A stretch of DNA of 54,149 nt from Akkermansiaceae bacterium (GCA_031382045.1 JANMYL010000118.1:1-54149), one strand, 5' to 3'. Shown: positions 12,816-23,538, counted from the stretch's first letter. Notes: generated by a model not told the origin, from the letters alone. Made by a program: numbers and translations.

Positions 12816-13522
12816 GGAGTGAGCCTAAATGACGAAACCGAAGTTAGCCGCAGTCATAGACTGCCGCTAGAGGTTCAAAGGTAGCGGCTGCAGTTTCGAG
12901 CGAAGCCGGTGAAACCCTCGGCAGTGCTGGGAGTTTTGGCGAATGGAAGTCAGCCGGTGGACGAGCGTGTGCGACAGCATCCAGGGGATGCGCGGGATTT
13001 CACTTTCCTAGGAGGAAGCTGAGTCGGCGCTGGCGTTTCTGGCGGGGCAGGGATTCGCTGGAAGGCGCGGGCATGGGCTCGGTGCATTGACTGGCGGATG
13101 AGTTACTAACAGTGCTGCGTTTACAACAGCCGCCGTGGGACGGTCTGGCGACGGCCTTGGGTGAAGCGGTGTACCAGCCCGATACCGACGCTATGGTGCG
13201 GGACTATATCATGCACCATCTCGGGCATCTGTGAGAACCATACGGAGCACGCAAGCAAATCGACACTGCCCTGTGGTGGGCGGTGGAGAAGGAACTGGCG
13301 CGGCGCTTGAATCAAAGTCTTGCGACCCCGCTGATTTTGAAAAAGGTGGCAGTAGGAGTGGGGCCAGTGAGCCTCGCAAGGCGTTCGCTAAGCCACTGGC
13401 TCAGCATGCCGAAAATTGGCAGTTTCGCTCTTCCTTGTAGCAGAGTTTTATCGCAGTGGGCAAATTCTCATTCCGAGCAGCACCCTGTGGCGGCTGCGTA
13501 TTTCGCGTCGGCGGTTTACACT

Positions 13523-14578
13523 TTAGAGAAATGGATAGTCGGTGTAGCCCAGGGGGCCGTCGCCGTAAAACTTGGACGGATCGGGTGGGTTGAGTGGCAC
13601 GTGGGTTCGGAAGCGTTCGACCAAGTCGGGATTGGCGATGGCTGTTTTTCCGAAAGCCACTGCATCGGCTGCGCCGGAGCGGATCGCTTCGCGTGCGGTT
13701 TCGGCAGTGAAGCTTTCGTTAGCGATGAAGACGCCGCCGAAGGCTTGCTTGAGTGAGGGCCCAAGCGCCGGCTGGTCGTGTGATTCGCGAGCGCACAGGA
13801 AGGCGATCTTGCGCTTTCCGAGCTCGCGAGCGGCGTAATGGAAGACAGAGTAAAGATCTGAATCCCCCATATCATGCGCGTCGCCGCGAGGTGCGAGGTG
13901 GACGCCCACCCGGTCGGCACCCCAGACGGAGACCACGGCATCGGTGATTTCCAATAGAAAACGCGCACGGTTTTCAATCGGTCCGCCGTATTCGTCGGTG
14001 CGTTTATTCGTTGAGTCCTGGAGGAACTGGTCGATCAAATAACCGTTAGCCCCGTGAATCTCGACTCCATCAAAACCCGCCGACTTAGCGTTCTCTGCGG
14101 CGCGGCGGTAGTTTTCAATGATTCCTGGAATTTCCGCCAGATCCAGAGCGCGGGGTGTGACAAATTCCTTCTCCGGGCGAATCAAGCTGACATGCCCAGC
14201 GGCTGCGATGGCGCTCGGTGCGACGGGAAGCCCTCCGTCCAGATAGATGGGATCTGAAATTCGGCCGACGTGCCAAAGCTGAAGCAGGATCGTGCCGCCC
14301 GCCTGATGAACAGCGCTGGTGACGAGTTTCCATCCTTCCACCTGCTCTTCGGACCAAATACCGGGAGTGTTTGGGTAGCCCACGCCCTGCGGCGAGACGG
14401 AAGTCGCTTCGGATAGGATCATACCAAAAGCGGCACGTTGAGCGTAATATTCTGCCATCATAGCGTTTGGCACTCGCCCGGTGGAGGCGCGGCAGCGAGT
14501 GAGCGGTGCCATTACGACGCGGTTTGTGAGGTGGAGCGCGCCGACATGGAGCGGTTGGAAAAGTGGATCTGTCATCAT
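13523..14578 (-). CDS. Old Yellow Enzyme family alkene reductase (NemA-like)
   Basis: NRVVMAPLTRCRA, QLWHVGR, EIHGANGYLIDQF. Confidence 0.95.
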   Translation of the reverse strand: MMTDPLFQPLHVGALHLTNRVVMAPLTRCRASTGRVPNAMMAEYYAQRAAFGMILSEATSVSPQGVGYPNTPGIWSEEQVEGWKLVTSAVHQAGGTILLQLWHVGRISDPIYLDGGLPVAPSAIAAAGHVSLIRPEKEFVTPRALDLAEIPGIIENYRRAAENAKSAGFDGVEIHGANGYLIDQFLQDSTNKRTDEYGGPIENRARFLLEITDAVVSVWGADRVGVHLAPRGDAHDMGDSDLYSVFHYAARELGKRKIAFLCARESHDQPALGPSLKQAFGGVFIANESFTAETAREAIRSGAADAVAFGKTAIANPDLVERFRTHVPLNPPDPSKFYGDGPLGYTDYPFL

Positions 14579-14598
14579 GGATGTGTTCTGTTTGAGAT

Positions 14599-15315
14599 TT
14601 ATTTGAGGTCGAAAAGGATCGCTTCGGAGGTGCTGTCGATGGAAGTGATTTCGATTTCTCCGGGTTCTTCGAGCGAGACGGCGTCGCCCGCAGCCAGTGG
14701 AATCCCGTTAACGATCGCGGAGCCTCTGGCGATGTGAAGCCAGAGGCCGCGGCTGGCGGCGAGTTGGTGGCGGGTGCTGTCGCCCGGCCGGAGCTTGAGC
14801 AGATAAATCGAGGCGTCTTGGGCGATGGTCGCCGAGCCGTCACGACCATCAGAAGAGATCACGAGTGTTTTCACATCGTGCTCATGACCCGGTGCGGGCG
14901 TCCATTCGGTGTAGGCTGGATCAAGACCGCGGGTGTCGGGGGTGATCCATATTTGTAACAAATGCGCCGGCTCGGTGGAGGAGGGATTGAACTCGGAATG
15001 CTGAACGCCGGAGCCGGCGCGCATCAACTGAATTTCGCCGGGCTTGAGGACGCGGTTGTTTCCCATCGAGTCGCTGTGGGCGAGGCTACCAGCGAGCAGA
15101 TAAGAAAAAATTTCCATGTCGCGATGGGGATGGGTCGAGAAACCGCCACCCGCAGCGATCCGGTCGTCGTTGATGACGCGCAGCGAGCGGAAGCCCATGT
15201 GCGCCGGATGGGAGTAAGCGGCGAAGGAGAAAGTGTGCCAGCTTTCGAGCCAACCGTGATTTGCATGGCCGCGCTCTGCGGCGCGGCGAATGTGCAATTT
15301 GGGAGATGTTATCAT
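14599..15315 (-). CDS. Pirin family protein (YhhW-like)
   Basis: HGWLESWHTFSF, HPHRDMEI, AGSGVQHSE, LLQIWI. Confidence 0.95.
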   Translation of the reverse strand: MITSPKLHIRRAAERGHANHGWLESWHTFSFAAYSHPAHMGFRSLRVINDDRIAAGGGFSTHPHRDMEIFSYLLAGSLAHSDSMGNNRVLKPGEIQLMRAGSGVQHSEFNPSSTEPAHLLQIWITPDTRGLDPAYTEWTPAPGHEHDVKTLVISSDGRDGSATIAQDASIYLLKLRPGDSTRHQLAASRGLWLHIARGSAIVNGIPLAAGDAVSLEEPGEIEITSIDSTSEAILFDLK

Positions 15316-15366
15316 AATTACACCATCGCAGAAGCTATCAATGGGGCAAATTCTTTCTGGATAGTC

Positions 15367-17133
15367 TTAATCCAACAGCTCCGGGTAGTGCTTGCGGGCA
15401 AGCGATAGCGAGAGATCGAGAACTCCCTGGCTGCGACTGTGGCGGAGCGCTTCGTCAGCCATGGCGGAACATTCAGCGTGGCTGAGCGAGCGGATCGCTT
15501 GACCGACTCGTGGCACTTGCTGTGGGCCGACGGAAAGTTCTTCCACACCGAGGCCCAGCAGCAGCGGTGTGAGGCGGATGTCGCCAGCCATTTCTCCGCA
15601 GACGCCGGTCCAAATGCCGTTGTCATTGGCCGCTTCGATGGTGCGCTTGATCAAGCGAATAACCGCCGGGTGGGTGGGACGATAGAGATCGGCGACGTGG
15701 GGATTCACCCGGTCTGCGGCGACGGTGTATTGGATCAAGTCGTTGGTGCCGATCGAGAAAAAGTCCACTTCCGGTGCCAGCAGATCCGCGCAAAGCGCGG
15801 CGGCGGGTACTTCAATCATGATCCCGACGGGCAGATCGCGGTCGAATGGAATGCCTTCTTTTTCCAGCTCATCCATGCAGCGGCGGACCATGTCCTTGCT
15901 CCGCCAAACTTCGGAAAGTCCGGAAATCATCGGGAACATCACGGCGACTTTACCAAAAGCGCTGGCACGGAGAATTGCGCGGATCTGCTCGCGAAACATC
16001 GCCGGGCGGGCAAGGGAAACGCGGATGCCGCGCCAGCCGAGGAAGGGGTTCGGCTCGACGTCGGTGAGCGGCTCCACTGGCAATTTATCACCACCTGCAT
16101 CAAGAGTGCGGATGATGACAGTGTGCGGAGCCATTTCGCGGGCGACTTTAGAGTAAACGTCTGCTTGGCTTTTCTCGTCTGGCATTTCCTCGCCGTTTAG
16201 CAGCAGAAACTCTGTGCGATAAAGGCCAATGCCTTTCGCCCCGCTGCGCTTCACCAAAGATAATTCATCGACGAGTTCGATGTTCGCAGAAACCTTGAGT
16301 GGTCGGCCATCAAGGGTCTCGGTGGCGGCGCCGCGCATCGCATCGAGCGAGTTACGGACTTTCTCCTTCACCAGCATTAGCCGTTTGTAGCGCTCTAAGG
16401 TCTCCGGGGTGGGATGTAGGATGAGTTTTCCGGTATAACCGTCGAGAATCGAAGGTGCTAGGGCGATAATGTCTATCACTGCGCCATCGAGACCGACGAC
16501 TGCGGGGATGCCGAAGGCGCGCGCCAAAATCGCGGTGTGGGAGTTTACGCTGCCTTGCTCGGTGGCAAATCCTAGCACGTGCCGCCGGTTCATCGAGGCG
16601 GTGTCCGAGGGCGCAAGATCGTAGGCGACGAGGACATGCTGGACTTCCGGGCTTTGAGGACGGGTATCGCCCTCAGTGCTAAAATTTCTCAACACCCGCT
16701 GGGCGACGTCTTCGATGTCTGCGGTGCGTTCTCGCAGGTAGGGGTCGGGAATCCGCCGCATTGCTTCGAGGAAATTTTGCATCACCGCGTAGAACGCGTA
16801 TTCCGCATTTTGCTGGCGACGCTCGATGGCGAGCAGCACCCGATCCACCACGGAGCGATCCTCGAGAATCATCACGTGTGCCTCGAAAATCCCGCTCTCA
16901 TTGTCGCCGGATAGATCCTCTAGCCTGCTTTGCAGCTCGATGAGTTGGCGCTTGGTGATTTCCAGTGCCTGCCGGAAGCGCTCCTGCTCGCGCACCACCT
17001 CGGATTCGGGAATTTCATAGACCTCTGGAGCTGAAAACCCGCGTGCGACGACGTGGACGGGGGCAATGGCGATGCCTGGAGAGGCTGGGATACCCTCATA
17101 AATTGTTTCTTGTTCGGCTCCCGTTTTCGGCAT
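15367..17133 (-). CDS. ptsI: PTS enzyme I (phosphoenolpyruvate-protein phosphotransferase)
   Basis: SHTAILAR phospho-His, GLYRTEF, NPFLGWRGIR, SIGTNDLIQY, GVCGE; start taken at ATG 17133. Confidence 0.95.
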   Translation of the reverse strand: MPKTGAEQETIYEGIPASPGIAIAPVHVVARGFSAPEVYEIPESEVVREQERFRQALEITKRQLIELQSRLEDLSGDNESGIFEAHVMILEDRSVVDRVLLAIERRQQNAEYAFYAVMQNFLEAMRRIPDPYLRERTADIEDVAQRVLRNFSTEGDTRPQSPEVQHVLVAYDLAPSDTASMNRRHVLGFATEQGSVNSHTAILARAFGIPAVVGLDGAVIDIIALAPSILDGYTGKLILHPTPETLERYKRLMLVKEKVRNSLDAMRGAATETLDGRPLKVSANIELVDELSLVKRSGAKGIGLYRTEFLLLNGEEMPDEKSQADVYSKVAREMAPHTVIIRTLDAGGDKLPVEPLTDVEPNPFLGWRGIRVSLARPAMFREQIRAILRASAFGKVAVMFPMISGLSEVWRSKDMVRRCMDELEKEGIPFDRDLPVGIMIEVPAAALCADLLAPEVDFFSIGTNDLIQYTVAADRVNPHVADLYRPTHPAVIRLIKRTIEAANDNGIWTGVCGEMAGDIRLTPLLLGLGVEELSVGPQQVPRVGQAIRSLSHAECSAMADEALRHSRSQGVLDLSLSLARKHYPELLD

Positions 17134-17200
17134 GGTCTGCAAGGAACATGGTTTGGAACAGAGCCGGGATTCAAGACGCAATTTTCAGCCGCCAACCGGC

Positions 17201-18316
17201 TCAATGAACCTCGCTGAACGAGAGCGCGAAATCGGTTTCCAGCTTGGTGATTTTCGGCCGTTCCCGCGGCTCGATCAGCGCGAGGGACACGCCTTTCTTC
17301 CCGGCGCGCGCCGTCCGACCGCTGCGGTGGGTGAAGTATTCGATTTGTTCGGGAAGTTGGTGATGGATGACGAAGGAAAGCCCCTCCACGTCGATCCCGC
17401 GGGCAGCTACGTCGGTGGCGATGAGGAACTGAGTGCGCTCTTTTTTGAAGGAACGCATCACCGTGTCGCGCTCTTTCTGGGTGAGGTCGCCTTGGAGGAC
17501 ATCGACCGGGAACCCCTTGGTGGTGAGTTGCTTACCGAGGATGATCGCGCCTGCTTTGGTGCGGCAGAAAATCACGCCGCGGTTCGCGTTCTGTTGCTTG
17601 AGGAAGCTGGCAATAAACTCGGTCTTTTCGTCGCGGCTGCAAATTTTAAACTGGTGATCGATGTCGCGGTTGACCACGTGCGCCTTGTCGATTTTCAGAA
17701 GATGCGGTTTTTCCGACATGCAGTCTTTGATGAGTCCGTGGATGGCGTCCGGGATAGTCGCGGAAAACAACCAGGTGCTCTTACGCGCCCGGGTGAGACC
17801 GAAAATTTTCACCAGCTCTTTCTTAAAGCCCATGCTCAGCATTTCATCAGCTTCATCCAGAATCAGGTGCTTCACGTTGAGTAAAGTCAGCGCCTTTTTT
17901 TGGAATAGATCGATCAACCGCCCGGGCGTGGCCACGACGATGTGGGTAGGTCGTTGCAACGAAGCGACTTGCTTGTCGAAGTCGTCGCCGCCGCAAAGCA
18001 CCTCAACGAAGATTTTCTCAGAAAACTTGGTGTAGCGGAAAAGCTGTTTGCCAATCTGCTTCGCCAACTCGCGGGTAGGCGCGATGATGAGTCCTTGAAT
18101 TTCCCGTGATTTCGGATTTATTTTCATCAAGAGCGGCAAGCCGAAAGCCGCAGTCTTGCCTGTGCCAGTCTGGGCTTGGGCGATGAGATCGCCGTTGTTT
18201 TCCAGCAACCAAGGGATCGCCTTATCTTGGATTTCAGTGGGATGAATGATGCCAAGTTCCTGAAGCCCCTGCATCAGGTTGGCGGGAATACCGAGTTCTT
18301 TAAAAGTCTTCAACAT
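17201..18316 (-). CDS. DEAD-box RNA helicase (core only)
   Basis: AQTGTGKT, PTRELA, TPGR, DEAD, SAT, ARGID, HRSGRTAR. Confidence 0.95.
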   Translation of the reverse strand: MLKTFKELGIPANLMQGLQELGIIHPTEIQDKAIPWLLENNGDLIAQAQTGTGKTAAFGLPLLMKINPKSREIQGLIIAPTRELAKQIGKQLFRYTKFSEKIFVEVLCGGDDFDKQVASLQRPTHIVVATPGRLIDLFQKKALTLLNVKHLILDEADEMLSMGFKKELVKIFGLTRARKSTWLFSATIPDAIHGLIKDCMSEKPHLLKIDKAHVVNRDIDHQFKICSRDEKTEFIASFLKQQNANRGVIFCRTKAGAIILGKQLTTKGFPVDVLQGDLTQKERDTVMRSFKKERTQFLIATDVAARGIDVEGLSFVIHHQLPEQIEYFTHRSGRTARAGKKGVSLALIEPRERPKITKLETDFALSFSEVH

Positions 18317-18433
18317 CGTGTTTGCTAGTGATATTCATCCGCCTCAGCGGGTGTCGGGCCGCACCTTGTGCGGTTCAATCAAGGATGACGAGCCATGAAA
18401 TTTTGGGTTTTACCGAAACTCTGAAACACGAGC

Positions 18434-18461
18434 TTGACAGCTGCGTCTAAATTCCTATTTT
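18434..18461 (+). promoter_or_regulatory. Putative rpsT promoter
   Basis: TTGACA-16 nt-TATTTT. Confidence 0.5.
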
Positions 18462-18504
18462 CCCCCGCCCGCCTACAAGCGACCCATTTTTTTACAATAC
18501 GACC

Positions 18505-18768
18505 ATGGCCAACCACAAATCTTCAATCAAGCGCGCACGTCAAACCGTCGTCCGGACCGAGCGTAACCGCGCTGAAAAGAGCCGCATGAAGACGCTCCGC
18601 AAGAAAGCACTCACTGCCATCGCCTCCGGTGACAAAACCGCTGCTGCCGAAGCAAGCTCCGCATTTTCTTCTGTCGTGGACAAGGCCGCCAAGCGCAACT
18701 TGATTCATCCGAACAAAGCGGCTAATTTAAAGAGTAAAACTGCCAAGGCTCTCGCCGGCATCGCTTGA
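18505..18768 (+). CDS. rpsT: 30S ribosomal protein S20
   Basis: MANHKSSIKRARQ...IHPNKAANLKS. Confidence 0.98.
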   Translation: MANHKSSIKRARQTVVRTERNRAEKSRMKTLRKKALTAIASGDKTAAAEASSAFSSVVDKAAKRNLIHPNKAANLKSKTAKALAGIA

Positions 18769-18807
18769 TCTGCTCCGTCAGCCGGTTTCATTTAAATTTA
18801 GAGAGAC

Positions 18808-18838
18808 AAGCGGACCGGTTCACCGGTACCGCTTTTTT
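18808..18838 (+). terminator. Rho-independent terminator after rpsT
   Basis: AAGCGGACCGG-TTCA-CCGGTACCGCTT hairpin followed by a T run. Confidence 0.7.
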
Positions 18839-18848
18839 CATCGCTATC

Positions 18849-19079
18849 ATGTCAGAATCATCTCCACCGAACCGCGCAGCCGCGGCCGCAAAAATCGCCG
18901 CAAACCCCACGGGCTACAAAGTCTGTGAGGGTTGTGACTCAATCGTTGGAAGTGGTGCAGCGCTCTGCCCAAACTGCCACAGCTACAGATTCGATGCTTC
19001 GCCCGAGCGAGTGATTCTTCAGGCGCGTATTCTCGGTTCGCGGGAGCAAACCTCGGTCACTGCTGATGACTTGGGCTGA
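18849..19079 (+). CDS. Small zinc-ribbon-like hypothetical protein
   Basis: CEGC...CPNC; ATG 18849 lies after the terminator. Confidence 0.75.
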   Translation: MSESSPPNRAAAAAKIAANPTGYKVCEGCDSIVGSGAALCPNCHSYRFDASPERVILQARILGSREQTSVTADDLG

Positions 19080-19085
19080 ACTTAG

Positions 19086-19643
19086 ATGAGCGTGTCTATC
19101 GGATTCAAAGAATGGCAGGTGGTTTGCGACGCCTTGGCATCTGGGCGACAGTCGATTCTTCTGCGCAAGGGCGGCATCCACGAGGGCCGTCACGGATTCT
19201 CCTTCGCCCACGAATCGTTTTTCCTTTTTCCAACTCGCTTCCACGCCATGGCCGACCAAGTCCGGGAAGGAGAGGTGAAAGTCAGGCCCGAGTGGCAGCC
19301 GGGCGATGTGATCCGGATCACCCATCACGCAGAGGCAGTGTGGGCGGTCACTCTGACAGATTGGGAACAAGTTGCAGCCTTGGAGTCGCTTCATATTTAT
19401 TCGGAGCAAACCGTGCGGGATCGTTTCGATTGGGAAGGAAAAGGCATGGCCACCGGCAGCATTCATCTTGCGTTAGTGCGCGTCCGTGAACTTGTCATGC
19501 CTTGGGAATTTCCCTACGAGGCGAGATACGGAGGGTGCCGCAGTTGGTTAAATCTCCCCGCGCCGCCGGTCGCTTGGAAAGACGGCGCACGGCCGGTGCT
19601 CGTGGACGAGGATTTCACAGTCCTGAATCAAAGTCTCAGGTGA
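19086..19643 (+). CDS. DUF1802 family protein
   Basis: FKEWQVVCDAL.SGRQSILLRKGGIHE, FPTRFH, YGGCRSW. Confidence 0.9.
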   Translation: MSVSIGFKEWQVVCDALASGRQSILLRKGGIHEGRHGFSFAHESFFLFPTRFHAMADQVREGEVKVRPEWQPGDVIRITHHAEAVWAVTLTDWEQVAALESLHIYSEQTVRDRFDWEGKGMATGSIHLALVRVRELVMPWEFPYEARYGGCRSWLNLPAPPVAWKDGARPVLVDEDFTVLNQSLR

Positions 19644-19982
19644 GTTATTCAAGAACGAGTGATTCGCCTGTTTGCCCAGCAACGAGACACCGTTAACCTT
19701 TTTTCAGCCGGATGCCTGCGTCGCCCTAGAAAGCGTGCTTTCTCTGAAGCGCATCTTTGAATGGGTCGCTATTCAGCAGGACACCATTCCTTCCTGTATT
19801 GAGCCGGACCGGAAACAATGTAGACGAAGATAACGCTGAATTTGCGTGGGATGAGAGTCTGCCATCGGCGCGGATTCTTGCTTTCCAGGCCACGTTTTTT
19901 GTGGAACATAGTGTTCACAGCAATTTTATCCGAGTTGCTAATTTGTGAAAACCCATCGATTTGTTCGGCTTCAGACTGTTCC

Positions 19983-21611
19983 ATGAAACAAAATTTCCGG
20001 CCTGTTATCACTTTCGGGATTGTCGCATTTTGCGGCCTTCTTGGGTGGTGGACGTTTTGGCAGGTTGGGCAAGTCCGGGTGCTTCGCCAGCCTGAGCGGG
20101 CACTTCGGAAGGTTTCTGCGGTTGCCAGATTAGAGGCGCGGCGGCCCCAGAAACATCTCGTCCGCGAAGAGTTTCTGGACGGCACGACGGTGGAGATTTT
20201 TGCCAGCAGTATGCCGGACGAGGTAATCCTGCGTTTTCCTTCGGAGGAAACTTACGGCAACTTCCTGTTCGCGCTTGATGACGGCGGCAAGACCCGTCTC
20301 ATCGGCCAGCTGGACCCGCTGAGAGCCGTCCGCCTCGGATACGATAATTGGTCGGACCTTTCCGATCTTTTGGCCGGGGAAAACATCATTGCATACAATT
20401 CGCTGCCTGCCGTGCCTGCGCCGACTCCGGCCAGCGGCACCTATCAGGATGGGCTTGTAGGCTTCGGCGACGGTTTGCTGCCTTGGCTGGGTATCACCTC
20501 GGATAATTCTAAGTGGGGAGCGGGTGTAAAAATTGCGATTCTGGACACCGGTGTGGTTCCGCATCCTGCGCTGCCGGGGCTTTCTAAATCCATCGCGATC
20601 ACGCCATTTCCCCAAGATTTGAATGAAATCCGCGGTCATGGCACGGCAGTCGCCTCGCTCATCGCGAGCAATGACCCAGCTGCGCCAGGAGTCGCTCCAG
20701 CTGCGGAAATCATCTCCATCCGGGTGGCCGACGAGTCGGGAAAAAGTGATTCCTTCGCGCTCGCCGCCGGTATTCTAGCTGCTATCGATGCGGGCGCGCA
20801 CATCATTAATATATCGATGGGCACTACGGATAATAATCCGCTCATCGAGGAAGCCGTGCTCTACGCGCACCGCCAACAGGTTCTAATCGTAGCGGCATCG
20901 GGAAATTCCGAGCAGGCAGATGCGTCCTATCCGGCGGCTTATCCGAGCGTGATCAGCGTAGGTGCTGTGGACGCACGCGGCGAGCATCTCGACTTTTCCA
21001 ACTACGGCACCTACCTCTCTATCACCGCGCCGGGCCATGCGCTCAATGTCGCTTGGCCAGGAAATCGCTATTCTCGGATGAGCGGGACCTCGGCCAGTGC
21101 GCCCGTCGTCTCCGGGGCCATCGCAGCGACTATGTCGAACGGCAGCGGTGTGATGATGAGTGCCAGCCAGGCGGCGGAAATTGTCATGAACTATTCGAAC
21201 GAAGCCGGCATTCCGGGGCCGGATTCCGAGTATGGCGTGGGCATCATCGACATGGGCCGCGTCATGAGCCGCGAAATCTCGGGTATTGTTGATGCCGCCA
21301 TCACTGACCAGCGAATTTTAAAAGCAAACGATCCGACTGCGAACGATGAAATCCAAGTTACCGTGCAAAACCGCGGCACCGAGATTCTAGTGAACACGCT
21401 CGTGGAGATCACCACGCCTGTGGGCAGTCGGCAGTTCAACGCGACAACCCTCGCGCCTGGAGCGGTGCAAACATTTTCCATGCCCATCCGGCTCGGTGGA
21501 CTGTCGAAAAATGAGCCGGTGCAGGTAAGTTCCAAGCTGGATTTCGGTGCGATGGCACAAGACCTGACCCCGTACAACAATCGGCGAAGTGAAGTGTTAT
21601 ACCGGCGCTAA
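19983..21611 (+). CDS. Membrane-anchored S8 (subtilisin-like) serine peptidase
   Basis: ILDTG, HGTAVAS and SGTSASAP triad; N-terminal TM; C-terminal Ig/CARDB-like region. Confidence 0.92.
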   Translation: MKQNFRPVITFGIVAFCGLLGWWTFWQVGQVRVLRQPERALRKVSAVARLEARRPQKHLVREEFLDGTTVEIFASSMPDEVILRFPSEETYGNFLFALDDGGKTRLIGQLDPLRAVRLGYDNWSDLSDLLAGENIIAYNSLPAVPAPTPASGTYQDGLVGFGDGLLPWLGITSDNSKWGAGVKIAILDTGVVPHPALPGLSKSIAITPFPQDLNEIRGHGTAVASLIASNDPAAPGVAPAAEIISIRVADESGKSDSFALAAGILAAIDAGAHIINISMGTTDNNPLIEEAVLYAHRQQVLIVAASGNSEQADASYPAAYPSVISVGAVDARGEHLDFSNYGTYLSITAPGHALNVAWPGNRYSRMSGTSASAPVVSGAIAATMSNGSGVMMSASQAAEIVMNYSNEAGIPGPDSEYGVGIIDMGRVMSREISGIVDAAITDQRILKANDPTANDEIQVTVQNRGTEILVNTLVEITTPVGSRQFNATTLAPGAVQTFSMPIRLGGLSKNEPVQVSSKLDFGAMAQDLTPYNNRRSEVLYRR

Positions 21612-21753
21612 CATTTTTTGAAAATAATCATCGAAAACGTTAGGCCCAGCTAACAAGCATTCGGGCCAACGCATCAAGAGGCGTTGTAGGATGACTGGAG
21701 TCTCTAAACCAGAGTTGCATTAAAATGTGCCTAAGTCGGACCATCCGTCTGGA

Positions 21754-23538
21754 CTATGCCCAATCCGGGCGCGCGGTCTCGAAGCGCATCTCCTCCCCCG
21801 TCAGCGGGTGCTTGAACGAGAGTTTCCAAGCGTGCAGCTGGAGTGGCGGAGCTTCGGGATTTAGCGTCTGCGTGCCGCCGATTCGATGGTCTGTCAGGTA
21901 TGCAGGATCGCCGACGACGGGATAGCCAAGCTGCCAGAGATGGACGCGAATTTGATTGGTCCGGCCGGTTTCTAACTTTGCCTCGATTAGAGTGGTGCCA
22001 GCCTCACTGCGCTCGATAACTTGGAAATCAGTGCGTGAGGGCAAGCCGTCTAACTCGTCGATACCGCGAGTGCCCATCACGTCGGGCTCTGCAGAAATCG
22101 GGGCTACGGAAAAGAACACATCCTGTGGCGGATGGCCGAGCGTGCGGACAAGATAACGCTTGTCCACCGTGCCTTCGAGGAACTGGCGCTGCAGCAGACG
22201 GCAGAAATGGCGGGTGCGGGCGAAGACGACGAGGCCGGTGGTATTCGCGTCCAGTCGATGCACAGGGCGCGGATATTTTGGCGTATAAACTTCATTCAAA
22301 ATGTATTGGAGCGTGTTGCGGTGGAAGCGTCCGCTGGCATGCATCGGCAGAGGTGCAGGTTTACAGATCACCAGTATCGCCTCGTCTTCGTATAATACAT
22401 GGATGTCGGCGCAGACGGGCGGCTCGACATCTGGCGGGAAGATTTGAACGACGCGCTCGCCGCCGCGCACGATGTGGTCTTTGCTGCGGACACTGCCGCC
22501 GTAGTTCTCGAAGCGTCCGGCCTCGCAGCGCGCCTCCCATTCTGTTGGCGAGACCTGTGGGAAAAGCTCCACGAGTGCTTTTAGCAGAGTCTGGCCGTCG
22601 AAAGCGGCCGGAATATTAACGGGGCGGCGGTTTTCCCGCGCAAACGAGCCTGGCAGGGGATTTGAAACCTTCGCAATCGCCTCGTGGAGTCGGGCAATCC
22701 GCTCGGCCATGCGTGTAGGTTCGCTTACGAAACAATGGGGGCAACTCACGCCCTCAACGTGCCGCGGGTCCTCTTGGTCTGCAGCGTCAAGCGGCGCCTG
22801 GCAGGCGAAGCAAACAGCGTAGCCCGACTCGCGCAGGCCTGGGTCCACGCCCACCCGCTGGTCGAATACAAAGCACTCACCATCGTAATGGTCGCCGCCG
22901 CATTCCTCGAAATACTTGAGGATACCGCCGTCGAGCTGGTAGATATTCTTGAATCCTTCGTTCTCCATGAACGGCCCGGCCTTTTCACAGCGAATGCCGC
23001 CGGTGCAGAACATCACCACCGGCTGGTCCTTGAGCGCTTCTGGCAGTTTTCTCACGGCGTCCGGGAACTCGCGGAAGGTATTGATATTCGGAATAATAGC
23101 GCCCTTGAATGTGCCGAGCTTCACTTCGTAATCATTGCGAGTATCGAGTAAAGTGAATGGGCGGCCCTCGTCCAGCCAGCGCTTGAGCTCCGCAGCAGGG
23201 ATCTTCGGCGAGGTGTAATTTGCCGGCCGGATACTCTCCATGCCGAAGGAAATGATCTCCTTTTTCAAGCGCACCAGCATCCTGTTAAACGGCTGGTCGT
23301 CGCTGAGACTGATTTTTGGCTCCAAGTCTTGGAGGCCGGGAATTCTGCGTAGCTTGGCGAGCAGAAAGTCGATGGATTCTGCTGCGCCGGCGACGAATAG
23401 GTTAATGCCTTCGGTGCTGAGTAGGATGGTCCCTTTGAGCTCCCAGGCCTTGCAATCAGCAATAAGATTTTCGCGCAATTCCTTCAGACCCGTTAGCTCG
23501 GCGAAGCGGTATGTGGAGATATTTGTGACAGCGGACAC
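21754..23538 (-). CDS. Fusion of TrhO-like rhodanese (tRNA U34 hydroxylase family) and RluA-family pseudouridine synthase
   Basis: LKGTILLSTEGIN, LDTRNDYE, FCTGGIRCEKA, CFVFDQR; then VHRLDANTTG and TGRTNQIRVHL. Confidence 0.9.
   Translation of the reverse strand: MSAVTNISTYRFAELTGLKELRENLIADCKAWELKGTILLSTEGINLFVAGAAESIDFLLAKLRRIPGLQDLEPKISLSDDQPFNRMLVRLKKEIISFGMESIRPANYTSPKIPAAELKRWLDEGRPFTLLDTRNDYEVKLGTFKGAIIPNINTFREFPDAVRKLPEALKDQPVVMFCTGGIRCEKAGPFMENEGFKNIYQLDGGILKYFEECGGDHYDGECFVFDQRVGVDPGLRESGYAVCFACQAPLDAADQEDPRHVEGVSCPHCFVSEPTRMAERIARLHEAIAKVSNPLPGSFARENRRPVNIPAAFDGQTLLKALVELFPQVSPTEWEARCEAGRFENYGGSVRSKDHIVRGGERVVQIFPPDVEPPVCADIHVLYEDEAILVICKPAPLPMHASGRFHRNTLQYILNEVYTPKYPRPVHRLDANTTGLVVFARTRHFCRLLQRQFLEGTVDKRYLVRTLGHPPQDVFFSVAPISAEPDVMGTRGIDELDGLPSRTDFQVIERSEAGTTLIEAKLETGRTNQIRVHLWQLGYPVVGDPAYLTDHRIGGTQTLNPEAPPLQLHAWKLSFKHPLTGEEMRFETARPDWA

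Noticed and set aside
12600-12884. 94 aa plus-strand ORF
   Set aside because: Antisense shadow of the IS3 transposase remnant.
21636-21720. Integron attC-like site (GTTAGGC followed by GCTAACAA)
   Set aside because: Core sites are in the wrong order for a single attC, there is no convincing hairpin, and no integrase or cassette array.
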